The notes: generated by a model from the sequence alone, not told the origin. Counted from the first letter of the stretch, positions 44,984 to 54,744 are shown. The stretch: DNA of 64,000 nucleotides from Bacillus subtilis subsp. subtilis str. 168 (GCF_000009045.1 NC_000964.3:2356001-2420000); one strand, 5' to 3'. Numbers and translations are program-made.

Positions 44984-45958
44984 TTAATGGTTTTCTCTTT
45001 TGGCGATTTCCGCTGCGATATGCCCCCCGTGAAACCTGCCGTTTTCAATAAATATTTCATTTGCATTGTTTCCCGCAGCAATAACACCGGCAATAAAGAC
45101 ACCTTCAACGTTCGTTTCCATCGTTTCTTCGTTGAAAAATGGACGCCCTGTTTCTTTATCAATTTCAACACCAATTTTTTCAAGAAATTGATGATCGGGA
45201 TGATAGCCTGTCATGGCAAATACAAAATCATTTTTAATGGTAATGAGTTCTTTCTCTCCGGAGCGAAACACAACTTCATTCTCGGTGATTTTTTCGACAC
45301 AAGCTCCAAATTCCATACGGATTGTACCGTTTCTGACGAGAGCTTCAAATTCCGGCAGAATCCACGGCTTAATGCTCGGAGAATACTCATTGCCCCTATA
45401 TAAAACTGTGACACGCGCCCCAGATTTCACGAGTTCAAGGGCGGCGTCCACGCTTGAATTTTTCCCGCCGATGACAACAACATCTTTATCAAAATACGGG
45501 TGGCCTTCTTTAAAATAATGAAATACTTTCGGCAAATCCTCACCGGGTACGCCCATATAGTTTGGATGATCATAATAGCCTGTGGCGATGATACAATATG
45601 GCGTCGTGTAGGTCTCTTTTGACGTCTCAATAACGAATGTGTTATTTTGCGTTTTCGTCACTTTACGCACCATTTCAAACGCATTAACACGGATGTTTTT
45701 CCGTTTAACGACTTCCCGGTAATACGATAAAGCCTGAATTCTGACAGGCTTCCTGTTCTCTGTAATAAATGCCACATCTCCGATTTCGAGCTTTTCACTT
45801 GAACTGAAAAAGGTTTGATGCGTCGGGTAATTGTAAATACTGTTAACGACATTGCCTTTTTCGATGACGAGGGCATCAATGCCAATTTGTTTTAGGTGAA
45901 TGGCAGCAGATAGTCCACAAGGTCCTCCGCCTATAATAATTGCTTTTTCTTGAATCAT
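44984..45958 (-). CDS. ypdA: Flavin disulfide reductase, bacillithiol disulfide reductase (Bdr) family
   Basis: GGGPCG, TFFSS, ATGYYD, GGKNSSVD; no CXXC; 324 aa. Confidence 0.9.
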   Translation of the reverse strand: MIQEKAIIIGGGPCGLSAAIHLKQIGIDALVIEKGNVVNSIYNYPTHQTFFSSSEKLEIGDVAFITENRKPVRIQALSYYREVVKRKNIRVNAFEMVRKVTKTQNNTFVIETSKETYTTPYCIIATGYYDHPNYMGVPGEDLPKVFHYFKEGHPYFDKDVVVIGGKNSSVDAALELVKSGARVTVLYRGNEYSPSIKPWILPEFEALVRNGTIRMEFGACVEKITENEVVFRSGEKELITIKNDFVFAMTGYHPDHQFLEKIGVEIDKETGRPFFNEETMETNVEGVFIAGVIAAGNNANEIFIENGRFHGGHIAAEIAKRENH

Positions 45959-46010
45959 TTCTGTCAACTCCTGCGATTGGCATTTCACTTCATATTTTCT
46001 ATTTCCGAAT

Positions 46011-46045
46011 AAAAAAATCTCCTATTTTATCATAGGAGATTTTTT
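46011..46045. terminator. gudB terminator (bidirectional shape)
   Basis: AAAAAAATCTCCTAT-TTTATC-ATAGGAGATTTTTT. Confidence 0.88.
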
Positions 46046-46066
46046 ATTTTTATGCAAATCATCAAC

Positions 46067-47350
46067 TTATATCCAGCCTCTAAAACGCGAAGCTTCAGCC
46101 ATTTTGCGAACGCCGACCATATATGCAGCGAGCCTCATGTCAATTCTTCGGTTGTTAGCCATTTCGTAAATATTGTTAAATGATTTGACCATCATTTTTT
46201 CTAATTTTTCTTCTACCTCTTCTTCACTCCAGTAGAAGCCTTGGTTATTCTGAACCCATTCAAAATAAGAAACTGTTACGCCACCGGCACTTGCCAGCAC
46301 GTCTGGTACAAGCAGAATGTCCCGGTCTGAAAGAATTTTTGTTCCTTCAAGCGTTGTTGGTCCGTTCGCTGCTTCAACGACAATTTTAGCCCGGATATTA
46401 TGGGCATTTTCTTCTGTAATTTGATTTTCAATCGCAGCAGGAACGAGAATATCACAATCCAGCTCCAGCAGCTCTTGGTTGGTAATGGTATCGTTGAAAA
46501 GCTTTGTTACGGTACCGAAGCTGTCGCGTCGGTCGAGTAAATAATCGATATCAAGGCCTTCCGGATCATAAAGTCCGCCATACGCATCTGAGATGCCGAC
46601 AACTTTTGCCCCCGCATCATGCATAAATTTTGCCAAATAGCTTCCCGCGTTTCCGAAGCCTTGGACAACGACACGCGCACCTTTAATATCGATGCCTCTC
46701 TTCTTAGCCGCTTCTTTAATACAGATGGTAACACCTTTTGCTGTCGCAGATTCTCTCCCGTGAGATCCGCCAAGCACAAGCGGTTTGCCTGTAATAAATC
46801 CAGGCGAATTAAATTCATCAATTCTTGAATACTCATCCATCATCCAAGCCATGATTTGTGAGTTTGTAAATACATCCGGTGCCGGCACGTCTTTTGTCGG
46901 GCCGACAATTTGGCTGATCGCTCTGACATACCCTCTGCTCAGACGCTCCAGCTCTCTAAACGACATATCCCTTGGATCACAAACAATTCCGCCTTTACCA
47001 CCGCCATATGGAAGATCAATTATGCCGCATTTTAAACTCATCCAAATTGAAAGCGCCTTCACCGCCTTCACCTCTTTTTCTGTTACGTTCGGGTGAAAAC
47101 GTATCCCGCCTTTCGTTGGACCGACAGAGTCATTGTGCTGCGCACGATATCCTGTGAAAATCTTTACTGAACCGTCGTCCATACGAACAGGTATTTTTAC
47201 CGTTAATAATCTCATCGGCTCTTTTAACAATTCGTATACCTCTTCGGGATATCCCAATTTTTCCAGAGCCTTATGTATTACGGTTTGGGTTGATTTTAAT
47301 ACATCAAGTTTGTCCTCTTCTGTATGACCGGTGTTTCGATCGGCTGCCAT
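46067..47350 (-). CDS. gudB: Glutamate dehydrogenase, cryptic allele with VKA duplication
   Basis: GPTKGGIRFH, GGGKGG, GFGNAG; KEVKAVKALS; 427 aa. Confidence 0.96.
   Translation of the reverse strand: MAADRNTGHTEEDKLDVLKSTQTVIHKALEKLGYPEEVYELLKEPMRLLTVKIPVRMDDGSVKIFTGYRAQHNDSVGPTKGGIRFHPNVTEKEVKAVKALSIWMSLKCGIIDLPYGGGKGGIVCDPRDMSFRELERLSRGYVRAISQIVGPTKDVPAPDVFTNSQIMAWMMDEYSRIDEFNSPGFITGKPLVLGGSHGRESATAKGVTICIKEAAKKRGIDIKGARVVVQGFGNAGSYLAKFMHDAGAKVVGISDAYGGLYDPEGLDIDYLLDRRDSFGTVTKLFNDTITNQELLELDCDILVPAAIENQITEENAHNIRAKIVVEAANGPTTLEGTKILSDRDILLVPDVLASAGGVTVSYFEWVQNNQGFYWSEEEVEEKLEKMMVKSFNNIYEMANNRRIDMRLAAYMVGVRKMAEASRFRGWI
47054..47071 (-). repeat. Perfect 9-bp tandem repeat GTGAAGGCG x2 inside gudB
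   Basis: Plus strand cgccttcac-cgccttcac. Confidence 0.97.
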
Positions 47351-47466
47351 TTGAGTTAACCTCCTAGAATCTTCTGTTTCTCACATGCTCCCTTTCAGAG
47401 AATAGTATACACCTTCATATGATCTGTGCATAGAATAAACGTTATGTTTTTCCATGTTTTTTAACG

Positions 47467-47494
47467 AAAAAAAACTGCTGAAATCAGCAGTTTT
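47467..47494 (-). terminator. ypbH terminator
   Basis: AAAACTGCTGA-TT-TCAGCAGTTTTTTTT. Confidence 0.85.
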
Positions 47495-47505
47495 CCGTTG
47501 CATTC

Positions 47506-48090
47506 TTATGAAAAATGAGTTTGTATCGTTTCTACGGCATTACCGTCCATAATGAGCTTACCATACTCTTGCAGGCGATAAATCGTTAAAGTTGTCGGAT
47601 TGCCGTATTCAGCCAGAACCGCCACAACCCCTTCAGCCGTATGTGACCCTAGATCTTCAAGGCTTAAAAAGTACTGCCCGTCATAGTGGTAGACAGTTCC
47701 CCCTGTGATACCGATTCGCTGTAAGCTTTCTGAAAGCTGAATGATATCTTCAAAGGAATGGAATTGATATATGATGTCCGCGCTTTCATCAAGCTTGACT
47801 TGCATTTCGATGTAATCATCATCATACTCATCGTCTTCTGAATCGGCGTCTTGGTTCTTTGTTACAATCACGACCATCCCTTGTGCTTGGAGAGAATACA
47901 CTTCCACTGCAATCGGTCCATTCGCTTCAAAGCCGAGCTCTGTATTTGCTTCATTCATCATATCTTTAAATAACTGGTGGACTTTAAATGAGTCCTTCCA
48001 GAGGTCTTCTTTTGTCAATCCCCGGTCTGTCAAATCATCGAGGGTTAAAAAGATTTTGATCTTATTATAATTCAGACGCTCAAGCCGCAT
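47506..48090 (-). CDS. ypbH: MecA paralogue, ClpC adaptor (MecB)
   Basis: MRLERLNYNKIKIFL MecA N-terminus; LAEYG C-terminus; 194 aa. Confidence 0.93.
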   Translation of the reverse strand: MRLERLNYNKIKIFLTLDDLTDRGLTKEDLWKDSFKVHQLFKDMMNEANTELGFEANGPIAVEVYSLQAQGMVVIVTKNQDADSEDDEYDDDYIEMQVKLDESADIIYQFHSFEDIIQLSESLQRIGITGGTVYHYDGQYFLSLEDLGSHTAEGVVAVLAEYGNPTTLTIYRLQEYGKLIMDGNAVETIQTHFS

Positions 48091-48173
48091 AACGTTCCCT
48101 CCTGCCTCTACTTGCACACAAATCATATAACACATTATATGAGATGATGAGTCATAGGTTCTTAATTGTTATC

Positions 48174-48202
48174 AGTTTACACTGAGTTCACTAGTAAGAC
48201 AA
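48174..48202 (-). promoter_or_regulatory. Sigma-A promoter candidate for ypbH
   Basis: TTGTCT-N17-TAAACT. Confidence 0.55.
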
Positions 48203-48248
48203 GCACAATGCAGTTTTTATTGCCATACGGATTTTTGCTTTTTAGAAG

Positions 48249-49028
48249 TTATTCTGGCCCGCAAAGAGTCACAATGTGAGTTTCAGGCTCAGCACCTAAA
48301 CGAAGAGGCACTTTTGTCGTGCCGTAGCCGTTGCTGATCAGATATGCCGCGTTTTTAACAATACCTGTTTTCCCCAGTTCATAAGGACCGAATTTTCCAA
48401 ACCTGATCTGGCCTCCATGGGTATGTCCGCTGAGTATCACATCAATACCGTCATCTTCATTGATTTGTTCATGAATCTCCGGATTATGGCAAACCAGAAT
48501 ATTCAGCTGGCTTTCATCAAGTTCTTTGATGGCTTCCTCATAATGATCCATCTCCATCCTGATATCATCAACCCCCGCAATCGCAATCGTATGCCCATTG
48601 TATGAAAACGGGACTGACTCATTTCTCAGAGTGATGACGCCGTGCGCTTTAAATATGGAATACAGCTTATGCTGCCTGACTTCATAATCATTATTCCCCC
48701 ACACAAACACGATAGGGACCCCGAAATGTACGAGCCTTTTGATGTTTTCCTCGATTCTCGCACTGGGCACCCCGCCCTCAGCTAAATCACCGCCGATTAT
48801 AACCAAGTGGGGGGCATGGCTTCGCGCTTTTTCTAAAAGGTCTTGATCGATGAGACGTTTGTGAATGTCTGAAATAAAAAAGATTGTCAGAGGCGGCTTG
48901 CCCTTCATCTTTGATAAAGGAAACGTATGTGTCTTCAAATGATTGCCTTTTGCTGTTGCATACATTTTTGCCGTCATTGCCGCTGCCGCAACAGTTAGTA
49001 CACCGGCAATTTTCACTGATAGCTTCAT
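48249..49028 (-). CDS. ypbG: Metallophosphoesterase (calcineurin-like)
   Basis: SDIH, GGD, WGNND, SGHTHGGQ; 259 aa. Confidence 0.92.
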   Translation of the reverse strand: MKLSVKIAGVLTVAAAAMTAKMYATAKGNHLKTHTFPLSKMKGKPPLTIFFISDIHKRLIDQDLLEKARSHAPHLVIIGGDLAEGGVPSARIEENIKRLVHFGVPIVFVWGNNDYEVRQHKLYSIFKAHGVITLRNESVPFSYNGHTIAIAGVDDIRMEMDHYEEAIKELDESQLNILVCHNPEIHEQINEDDGIDVILSGHTHGGQIRFGKFGPYELGKTGIVKNAAYLISNGYGTTKVPLRLGAEPETHIVTLCGPE

Positions 49029-49064
49029 AAAAAACTCTCCATTCTTTTTAGAACTTATCAATAA

Positions 49065-49090
49065 GACGGACAATAAAAAAAGACGTTTCT
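49065..49090 (-). promoter_or_regulatory. ECF sigma (sigma-M/X/V-type) promoter of ypbG
   Basis: AGAAAC-N16-CGTC. Confidence 0.7.
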
Positions 49091-49107
49091 ATCGTTTGAG
49101 AAAACGC
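49074..49107 (-). terminator. ypbF terminator
   Basis: GGCGTTT(T)CT...AGAAACGTC-TTTTTTT. Confidence 0.7.
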
Positions 49108-49113
49108 CCCATT

Positions 49114-49557
49114 TTATTTACTTTCAAAATATAGATTAATGTCATATTTGTGCTTCATCATATGAAAAACAGACTCTCTCGCCTTCCATTTATCGGGCTG
49201 CGGCCAGAGATCAGTGCTTTTCTGAATAATTTCACATCTCAGTTTATGGAAATCAGTCTCGGATTTTTCTTCCTTTTTCTTGAAATAATATGAAGTGCAG
49301 TAGGCAAAAGCGGTTGCCAGCATCCAAAATAAATAAAAGGTATGGCTAAGTATTTCTTGAAGTATAAGCTGAGGCTCCGGGCTTTTGATCATGATCATAA
49401 CACATAATAAGCCTAGGCAGATAAGTGAAGCCCATCGCCATCTGCGGCATTGTGCTGCATAATTTTCGAATTTTTGTTTTCGTTTTACCAGCGCTTGGAG
49501 CATCTGTTTGGTCGGCGCGTCTGTAAACTGATCCAGCTGATTCCATAAGGATTCCAT
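49114..49557 (-). CDS. ypbF: Two-TM protein of unknown function
   Basis: 147 aa; EIIQKSTDLW. Confidence 0.8.
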   Translation of the reverse strand: MESLWNQLDQFTDAPTKQMLQALVKRKQKFENYAAQCRRWRWASLICLGLLCVMIMIKSPEPQLILQEILSHTFYLFWMLATAFAYCTSYYFKKKEEKSETDFHKLRCEIIQKSTDLWPQPDKWKARESVFHMMKHKYDINLYFESK

Positions 49558-49619
49558 ACGCTTCACACCTTGTCCATTTTCATTGCTACAATATATGAAC
49601 GTAAAATAAAAATAATACC

Positions 49620-50342
49620 CTATTCATCCATTAAAGGGATGTCCAAAACTTGTCCGGTGTAAACATCATTTCCATTCAGATGATTATATGCTCGAATTTT
49701 TTCTTCTCCTGTCCGGCTTTTATAATACTTCATGGAAATGCGGTATAGCGTTTCTTTCTTTTGGACGGTGTGCTTGACAACGCGATTCGGCACATTTTGA
49801 ACTGGCTCAGCTGGCTGTTCTTGCTGTTGTACTGTTGATTGGGAAGAGGAAGCAGCCGCGGCGGTTGCTTCCTCCTTATTTGGCGAGTCTTCTTTTTCCG
49901 CTACAGCAGTCTGTTTCTTATCAGCAGCTGTTTGCTCTTTTGGCTTGGAATCTTCTGGCTCTTTTTTTGACTCCTTCTGCAGTGCGGTTTCTTTAGTGTC
50001 TGCGGTATCGTTTTTATCCTCTGATTTCGGGACAACCTCATATTTGCTTTGGCTGCTGTCAATAAAAACATCTTCATAATCGTCATGATTATCCGGGTGG
50101 CTCTTTAGATAAAATAAGGTGACTAAAACGATAACCGGCACAAATACAAATATTACTGCGAGTACTGTGAATAATGGCGTTTTTGTTTTGCCTTGCTTTT
50201 TTTTCTGTTCTCTTTGATTTTTTACAGATTGTCTTGTCGGAAGGCTTTCTCCATCATCGACATAATCGTCCGCCAATGCGGCGTTTTGATCTTCATAAAG
50301 ATTCTGGGCTTTTCTTCTCTCTACTCTCGACATGTTCGTCAT
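49620..50342 (-). CDS. ypbE: Membrane-anchored LysM-domain protein
   Basis: Basic SRVERRK N-terminus, single TM, low-complexity linker, HTVQKKETLYRIS LysM domain. Confidence 0.88.
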   Translation of the reverse strand: MTNMSRVERRKAQNLYEDQNAALADDYVDDGESLPTRQSVKNQREQKKKQGKTKTPLFTVLAVIFVFVPVIVLVTLFYLKSHPDNHDDYEDVFIDSSQSKYEVVPKSEDKNDTADTKETALQKESKKEPEDSKPKEQTAADKKQTAVAEKEDSPNKEEATAAAASSSQSTVQQQEQPAEPVQNVPNRVVKHTVQKKETLYRISMKYYKSRTGEEKIRAYNHLNGNDVYTGQVLDIPLMDE

Positions 50343-50895
50343 GTTTATCCCTCCTCACATGTTCAAAACGAATCTGACAGGCAAACACGGCATCAATGAT
50401 AAAATGCGCCGTCATCGGAACAAATAAGTTGCCGGTCCATTCATACATCAGACCGAGCAAAAAGCTGATTGCTGTCACCATAATAAATAACAGCCATTTT
50501 GACAAATACCGAAAGTGCAGAGCGGCAAATATAAGGCTGGCCGTCCATAAACCGATATGAGTCTGCAGCACTCCTCTGAATAACATTTCTTCCGCGAAAG
50601 CAATCAGAAGCGTTAAAAATATAATATGAGGGATTGACCTCTTACTGAATATTTTTTTATTGATTCCGCCGTCATCATATAAATGAGACGGAAACCATTT
50701 CATTACTGCCATATCGGCTAAAATAACAATAACAGCTATAGAAACACCATACCAGATGATTCGCATATCGCGAATGTCCCAGAGCTTTAATACGTCCCGT
50801 ACATCCTCAAAAAAGAACAGTCCTGCTGCAGCAGCGGCAAAGATGATGAGTAGCTGCGTCAAATATAACTGCTTCAGCATATCATGGTCAGTCAT
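50293..50895 (-). CDS. ypbD: CPBP (CAAX/Abi-family) intramembrane metalloprotease
   Basis: EEMLFRG, FAALH, HFIID; exact start uncertain. Confidence 0.88.
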   Translation of the reverse strand: MTDHDMLKQLYLTQLLIIFAAAAAGLFFFEDVRDVLKLWDIRDMRIIWYGVSIAVIVILADMAVMKWFPSHLYDDGGINKKIFSKRSIPHIIFLTLLIAFAEEMLFRGVLQTHIGLWTASLIFAALHFRYLSKWLLFIMVTAISFLLGLMYEWTGNLFVPMTAHFIIDAVFACQIRFEHVRRDKHDEHVESREKKSPESL

Positions 50896-50921
50896 ATGCT
50901 GAATATAATCTTTTTGCTGTT

Positions 50922-52412
50922 TCAGTTCAGCTCACCTACAGTCTGCAAGCTGAATATCCGGTGCAATTCCGAACTCCAGCTGTCTAATGGCGCCATTTTA
51001 CTCCGTTCCCCTTTTTGTTCATACAAGGATAAATCAAAACCGCAATGTGAACAGCACGGGAGGTTTCCGTCATCAGGCTCGTATGATTCATCAAAGTAGG
51101 TTAACAGTGCCTGCCTTAAACAGCCGTCACGCTGAAGCAAAAATGATACACGGTGCATTTTTTCCAGCTTCAGCTCCATGCGATATGAAATTTCTTTCTT
51201 CATCAGTTCAACTGATGTTTTTCCCTGCATAAAGAGATGAATCATCATACGGGCCTGTGTCTCTCCGACGCCATACTGAAGTAATACGTCACGCAGCCTT
51301 CTCTCATCCCGCTCCTCCGTCTTCTCTAGCACACGGATTACGTCGGCGATTTCTTCAGCTGTGACACTCTCCATCTGGATAATTTGTTCCTGCAATTCAA
51401 AATCCCCTGGCGCCCGCAGCAAAATGCTGACACTCGGCTTTCCGTCGCGTCCCGCTCTGCCGATTTCCTGCATAAAAGCTTCTGCCGTCTGCGGGAGATG
51501 AAAATGAATCACATATCTGATATCAGGTTTATCGACACCCATTCCAAACGCATTCGTACAACATATCACATCAAGCTGGTTATGAATAAACTGCTGCTGA
51601 ATTAAAATCCTGTCCCCTGACTCCAAACCGCCATGGTAAAAGTCGGCTCTGCTGCTCGTTTTGCTTTTAATTTCACCCGCTAATTCCTTAGCCCATTTCC
51701 GTGTTGGACAATAAACAATTCCCGGACCTTGCAGGTTTTCAACCAGCTGAATGACCCTATCTATTTTTTCGGCAGTATCCGCCGCATTTTCAACCCTCAG
51801 TGCGATGTTTGGGCGGTTGACTGAGTTGAGATGGCGTACAGCATGCTGCAGCTCCAGCAGGTTCATGACATCTTGCAGCGTTTCCTTTGTAGCCGTGGCG
51901 GTCAATGCCAGAACGGGTGGGTGTCCAAGTTTTTTTCTCAGCTGTCCGAGCTTTGAATAATCAGGCCTGAAGTCGTGTCCCCATTCAGAAATACAATGCG
52001 CTTCGTCAATAACAAATAGGCTAATCGGAACGCTTTTCAATTTTTCCAATACATATGGAGACTGTAAAGCTTCAGGAGACAAGTACAAAAATTTATATCG
52101 ATGAATATGTTCTAAAACAAATTGTCTTTCCTGCCTGTTAAGCATGCTGTTCAAAGCTGCAGCACGCTTTTCCCCCCGGGCTTTGAGCTGCTGCACCTGA
52201 TCCTCCATTAAAGAAAGCAGTGGAGAAACGATTAATACCATGCCATCAAGCATATAACCAGGCAGCTGGTAGCAAAGCGATTTCCCTCCCCCAGTCGGGA
52301 GCATTGCAATGGTATCCTTCCCGCTGAGTATGCTTTCAATAATGTCCTGCTGCCCTTTTTTAAAGGAAGTAAAACCAAAAAACTGATATAACGTTTGCTG
52401 TAATTTAGTCAT
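50922..52412 (-). CDS. recS: RecQ-family helicase (RecS)
   Basis: PTGGGKSLCYQLP, DEAHCISEWGHDFRP, QEIGRAGRDG, C-terminal CCSHC. Confidence 0.95.
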   Translation of the reverse strand: MTKLQQTLYQFFGFTSFKKGQQDIIESILSGKDTIAMLPTGGGKSLCYQLPGYMLDGMVLIVSPLLSLMEDQVQQLKARGEKRAAALNSMLNRQERQFVLEHIHRYKFLYLSPEALQSPYVLEKLKSVPISLFVIDEAHCISEWGHDFRPDYSKLGQLRKKLGHPPVLALTATATKETLQDVMNLLELQHAVRHLNSVNRPNIALRVENAADTAEKIDRVIQLVENLQGPGIVYCPTRKWAKELAGEIKSKTSSRADFYHGGLESGDRILIQQQFIHNQLDVICCTNAFGMGVDKPDIRYVIHFHLPQTAEAFMQEIGRAGRDGKPSVSILLRAPGDFELQEQIIQMESVTAEEIADVIRVLEKTEERDERRLRDVLLQYGVGETQARMMIHLFMQGKTSVELMKKEISYRMELKLEKMHRVSFLLQRDGCLRQALLTYFDESYEPDDGNLPCCSHCGFDLSLYEQKGERSKMAPLDSWSSELHRIFSLQTVGELN

Positions 52413-53463
52413 ATTGCTGCACCTGCTTTGTCAATGCCAGTCTGATTTGAAAGTAGCTGAACCGCTGTTCCAGCCCGTCGCGAATTTGTTTGATTTTATT
52501 CGTCCGCATCCGTTTGGCAAACTCTGCGATTTGAAGCTGGTCTTCTGCTGATACATAGTCATTAATCATAAACGCAGGCTCATGGAGAGAAATCTCGACA
52601 ATGTGGTCTTCAATCGTCGCTGTTTTCAGCTTTCTGATTTCAGCAATTCGCTGTATCGGAAACCCTTGTTTGACCATCTGCCATGTTTTCCTCGTCGACT
52701 CTGTCAGGGCATTATCTAAGTGCACATCAGAAAGGAGATCCTTTAACAAAGCATCTTCACACTCCGGAAGAGAATGAATAAAATAATGTACCGAAGCCCA
52801 AAACATGATATAGACATACCATTCGTCTTCTTTCAGCGTATCAGCAAGCTGCCTGCTCGTATAACCGATCCGATGGTGCGAGGTTAAGGAGTAGACAAAA
52901 ATTTGCGCTGCTTTGTTTTCAATCTTTTTCAAATGCGCCTCAAGCATGGCAAAAAGGCTTTTTGCCATCTCTATATGATCCGTATGCCGGGACAGGTATT
53001 TCTTTACCCAGTGAAGTGTCTTATGATCCTTTGTGACAGGGATATACTGCCTGCTCCCTTGCTGTTTATGGGATAGGACCTGCACAAGCAGCGAAAGCCT
53101 TTTCCAAAGCACGCCGGCAGCCTGCTGATAATGAGCGCCGTGACAATGAACGGGCCAAGGCCGCTCGCTAAGGGCATGTCTCAAAACTGCTGCGCCGCTG
53201 GCTGTCACTTTGTATGTATCTGATTCAGACATTGGCGCGAGATATGAATGCTTTTCAAGCTTGTCAAGCGACGCAGAAATATCGCTTCTCGAACATTTTG
53301 CCGCCATTCCAAAGTATTTTGCAGTCTGAAATAAGCCGGCATCTTGAATGGTCTGTGACGATCTCTTGCCTTTGAATAGGTGAAAAACAGCGCTTCCCGA
53401 CCGTTCCCCGTTTATTTTGCAAAGACAATCGAGAACCATAATATCGAAGTAATTTAATGACAA
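52405..53463 (-). CDS. ypbB: RecS-associated protein with C-terminal helix-turn-helix
   Basis: KGKRSSQT, TIEDHIVEI; TTG start (352 aa); overlaps recS. Confidence 0.88.
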   Translation of the reverse strand: MSLNYFDIMVLDCLCKINGERSGSAVFHLFKGKRSSQTIQDAGLFQTAKYFGMAAKCSRSDISASLDKLEKHSYLAPMSESDTYKVTASGAAVLRHALSERPWPVHCHGAHYQQAAGVLWKRLSLLVQVLSHKQQGSRQYIPVTKDHKTLHWVKKYLSRHTDHIEMAKSLFAMLEAHLKKIENKAAQIFVYSLTSHHRIGYTSRQLADTLKEDEWYVYIMFWASVHYFIHSLPECEDALLKDLLSDVHLDNALTESTRKTWQMVKQGFPIQRIAEIRKLKTATIEDHIVEISLHEPAFMINDYVSAEDQLQIAEFAKRMRTNKIKQIRDGLEQRFSYFQIRLALTKQVQQYD

Positions 53464-53588
53464 CCTATCCACCTACATTCTTCCTGACAAAAATCGTTGA
53501 TTTGCTCTTTTTATTTTAACAGATTTCAAACAGAAATCGACGTTTAAAGTCATCATTAAGGGGGATGTTATGTAGATAACCCCTTATG

Positions 53589-53603
53589 TGATAAGCATTC
53601 TCA
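53589..53603. promoter_or_regulatory. Fur-box-like 7-1-7 site upstream of fer
   Basis: TGATAAG-C-ATTCTCA versus TGATAAT-N-ATTATCA (2 mismatches). Confidence 0.5.
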
Positions 53604-53615
53604 ATCATTTTTCTG

Positions 53616-53644
53616 TTGAAATGTGGCAGCAACATCATTACAAT
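53616..53644 (+). promoter_or_regulatory. Sigma-A promoter of fer
   Basis: TTGAAA-N17-TACAAT. Confidence 0.75.
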
Positions 53645-53671
53645 AAGTAAGAGGAATAGGTGTTAAATTGA

Positions 53672-53977
<306 letters not shown>

Positions 53978-53985
53978 AAGTAACT

Positions 53986-54014
53986 AAAAAAAGCTCCCGA
54001 ACGGGAGCTTTTTT
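53986..54014. terminator. Bidirectional terminator fer/fmnP
   Basis: AAAAAAAGCTCCCG-AA-CGGGAGCTTTTTT. Confidence 0.92.
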
Positions 54015-54016
54015 AT

Positions 54017-54589
54017 TTAATGGATATGTGCACTTCGCTGCTGCTCAATCCATGGCTTAAGCTTGATAAAAATTAGTGAGAATACAACCGTAATTACAAT
54101 ACCTTTTATCATGTTAAACGGCAGGATACCTGCGACGACTGCTGTTTTTAGCGCGCTGTCGGATAATGCCGGTGAATGTAAAAACCACGTGTATGCCGGA
54201 AGAATCAGAACATAATTTAAAATACTCATTAAAATGGTCATCGCTGCAGTTCCCAAAAGCAGGCTGACAGCCAAGCCCTTTGCTGAGTTGAGTTTTTTAA
54301 ATAAGAAAGCAGTCGGTAATATAAAGAGTGTTCCTGCAATAAAATTCGCAACTTGCCCTACAGGAACTCCGGCCATGCTTCCCTGAATGATATACTGAAG
54401 AACATTTTTTATCGCTTCTACGGCAATACCCGCCAAAGGTCCGTAAATCAGAATGGCAATAATTGCGGGAACGTCGCTAAAATCGATTTTTAAATAATCC
54501 GGAAGACCCGGAAACGGGAAATTTAACAGCATCAAAACAAATGCAATGCTGCTCAGCATGCTGACCACAACTAATTTTTTTACTTTCAC
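54017..54589 (-). CDS. fmnP: Riboflavin ECF transporter S-component (RibU/YpaA)
   Basis: LKIDFSDVP, FNMIKG; GTG start (190 aa); under an FMN riboswitch. Confidence 0.95.
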   Translation of the reverse strand: MKVKKLVVVSMLSSIAFVLMLLNFPFPGLPDYLKIDFSDVPAIIAILIYGPLAGIAVEAIKNVLQYIIQGSMAGVPVGQVANFIAGTLFILPTAFLFKKLNSAKGLAVSLLLGTAAMTILMSILNYVLILPAYTWFLHSPALSDSALKTAVVAGILPFNMIKGIVITVVFSLIFIKLKPWIEQQRSAHIH

Positions 54590-54650
54590 TTCATTCTCTC
54601 CTTTTCGATCACATCTTACTCGAAAACGGAAAGGTTCTTTTCCAGCCAAT

Positions 54651-54680
54651 AAAAAAACCGCTTCATATATAAAAGCGGGG
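54651..54680 (-). terminator. Terminator-like hairpin in the fmnP leader
   Basis: CCGCTT-TTATATATG-AAGCGG-TTTTTTT. Confidence 0.65.
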
Positions 54681-54744
54681 TTTCGAAAATTAGGCTAGGC
54701 AAAGAAACGTTTGAAAAATTCAATTTCAAAACGCTTATGAACCT

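Noticed and set aside
44855-45403. 182-aa plus-strand ORF and the overlapping 95-aa minus-strand ORF
   Set aside because: Shadows of ypdA; the minus-strand one crosses the ypdA terminator.
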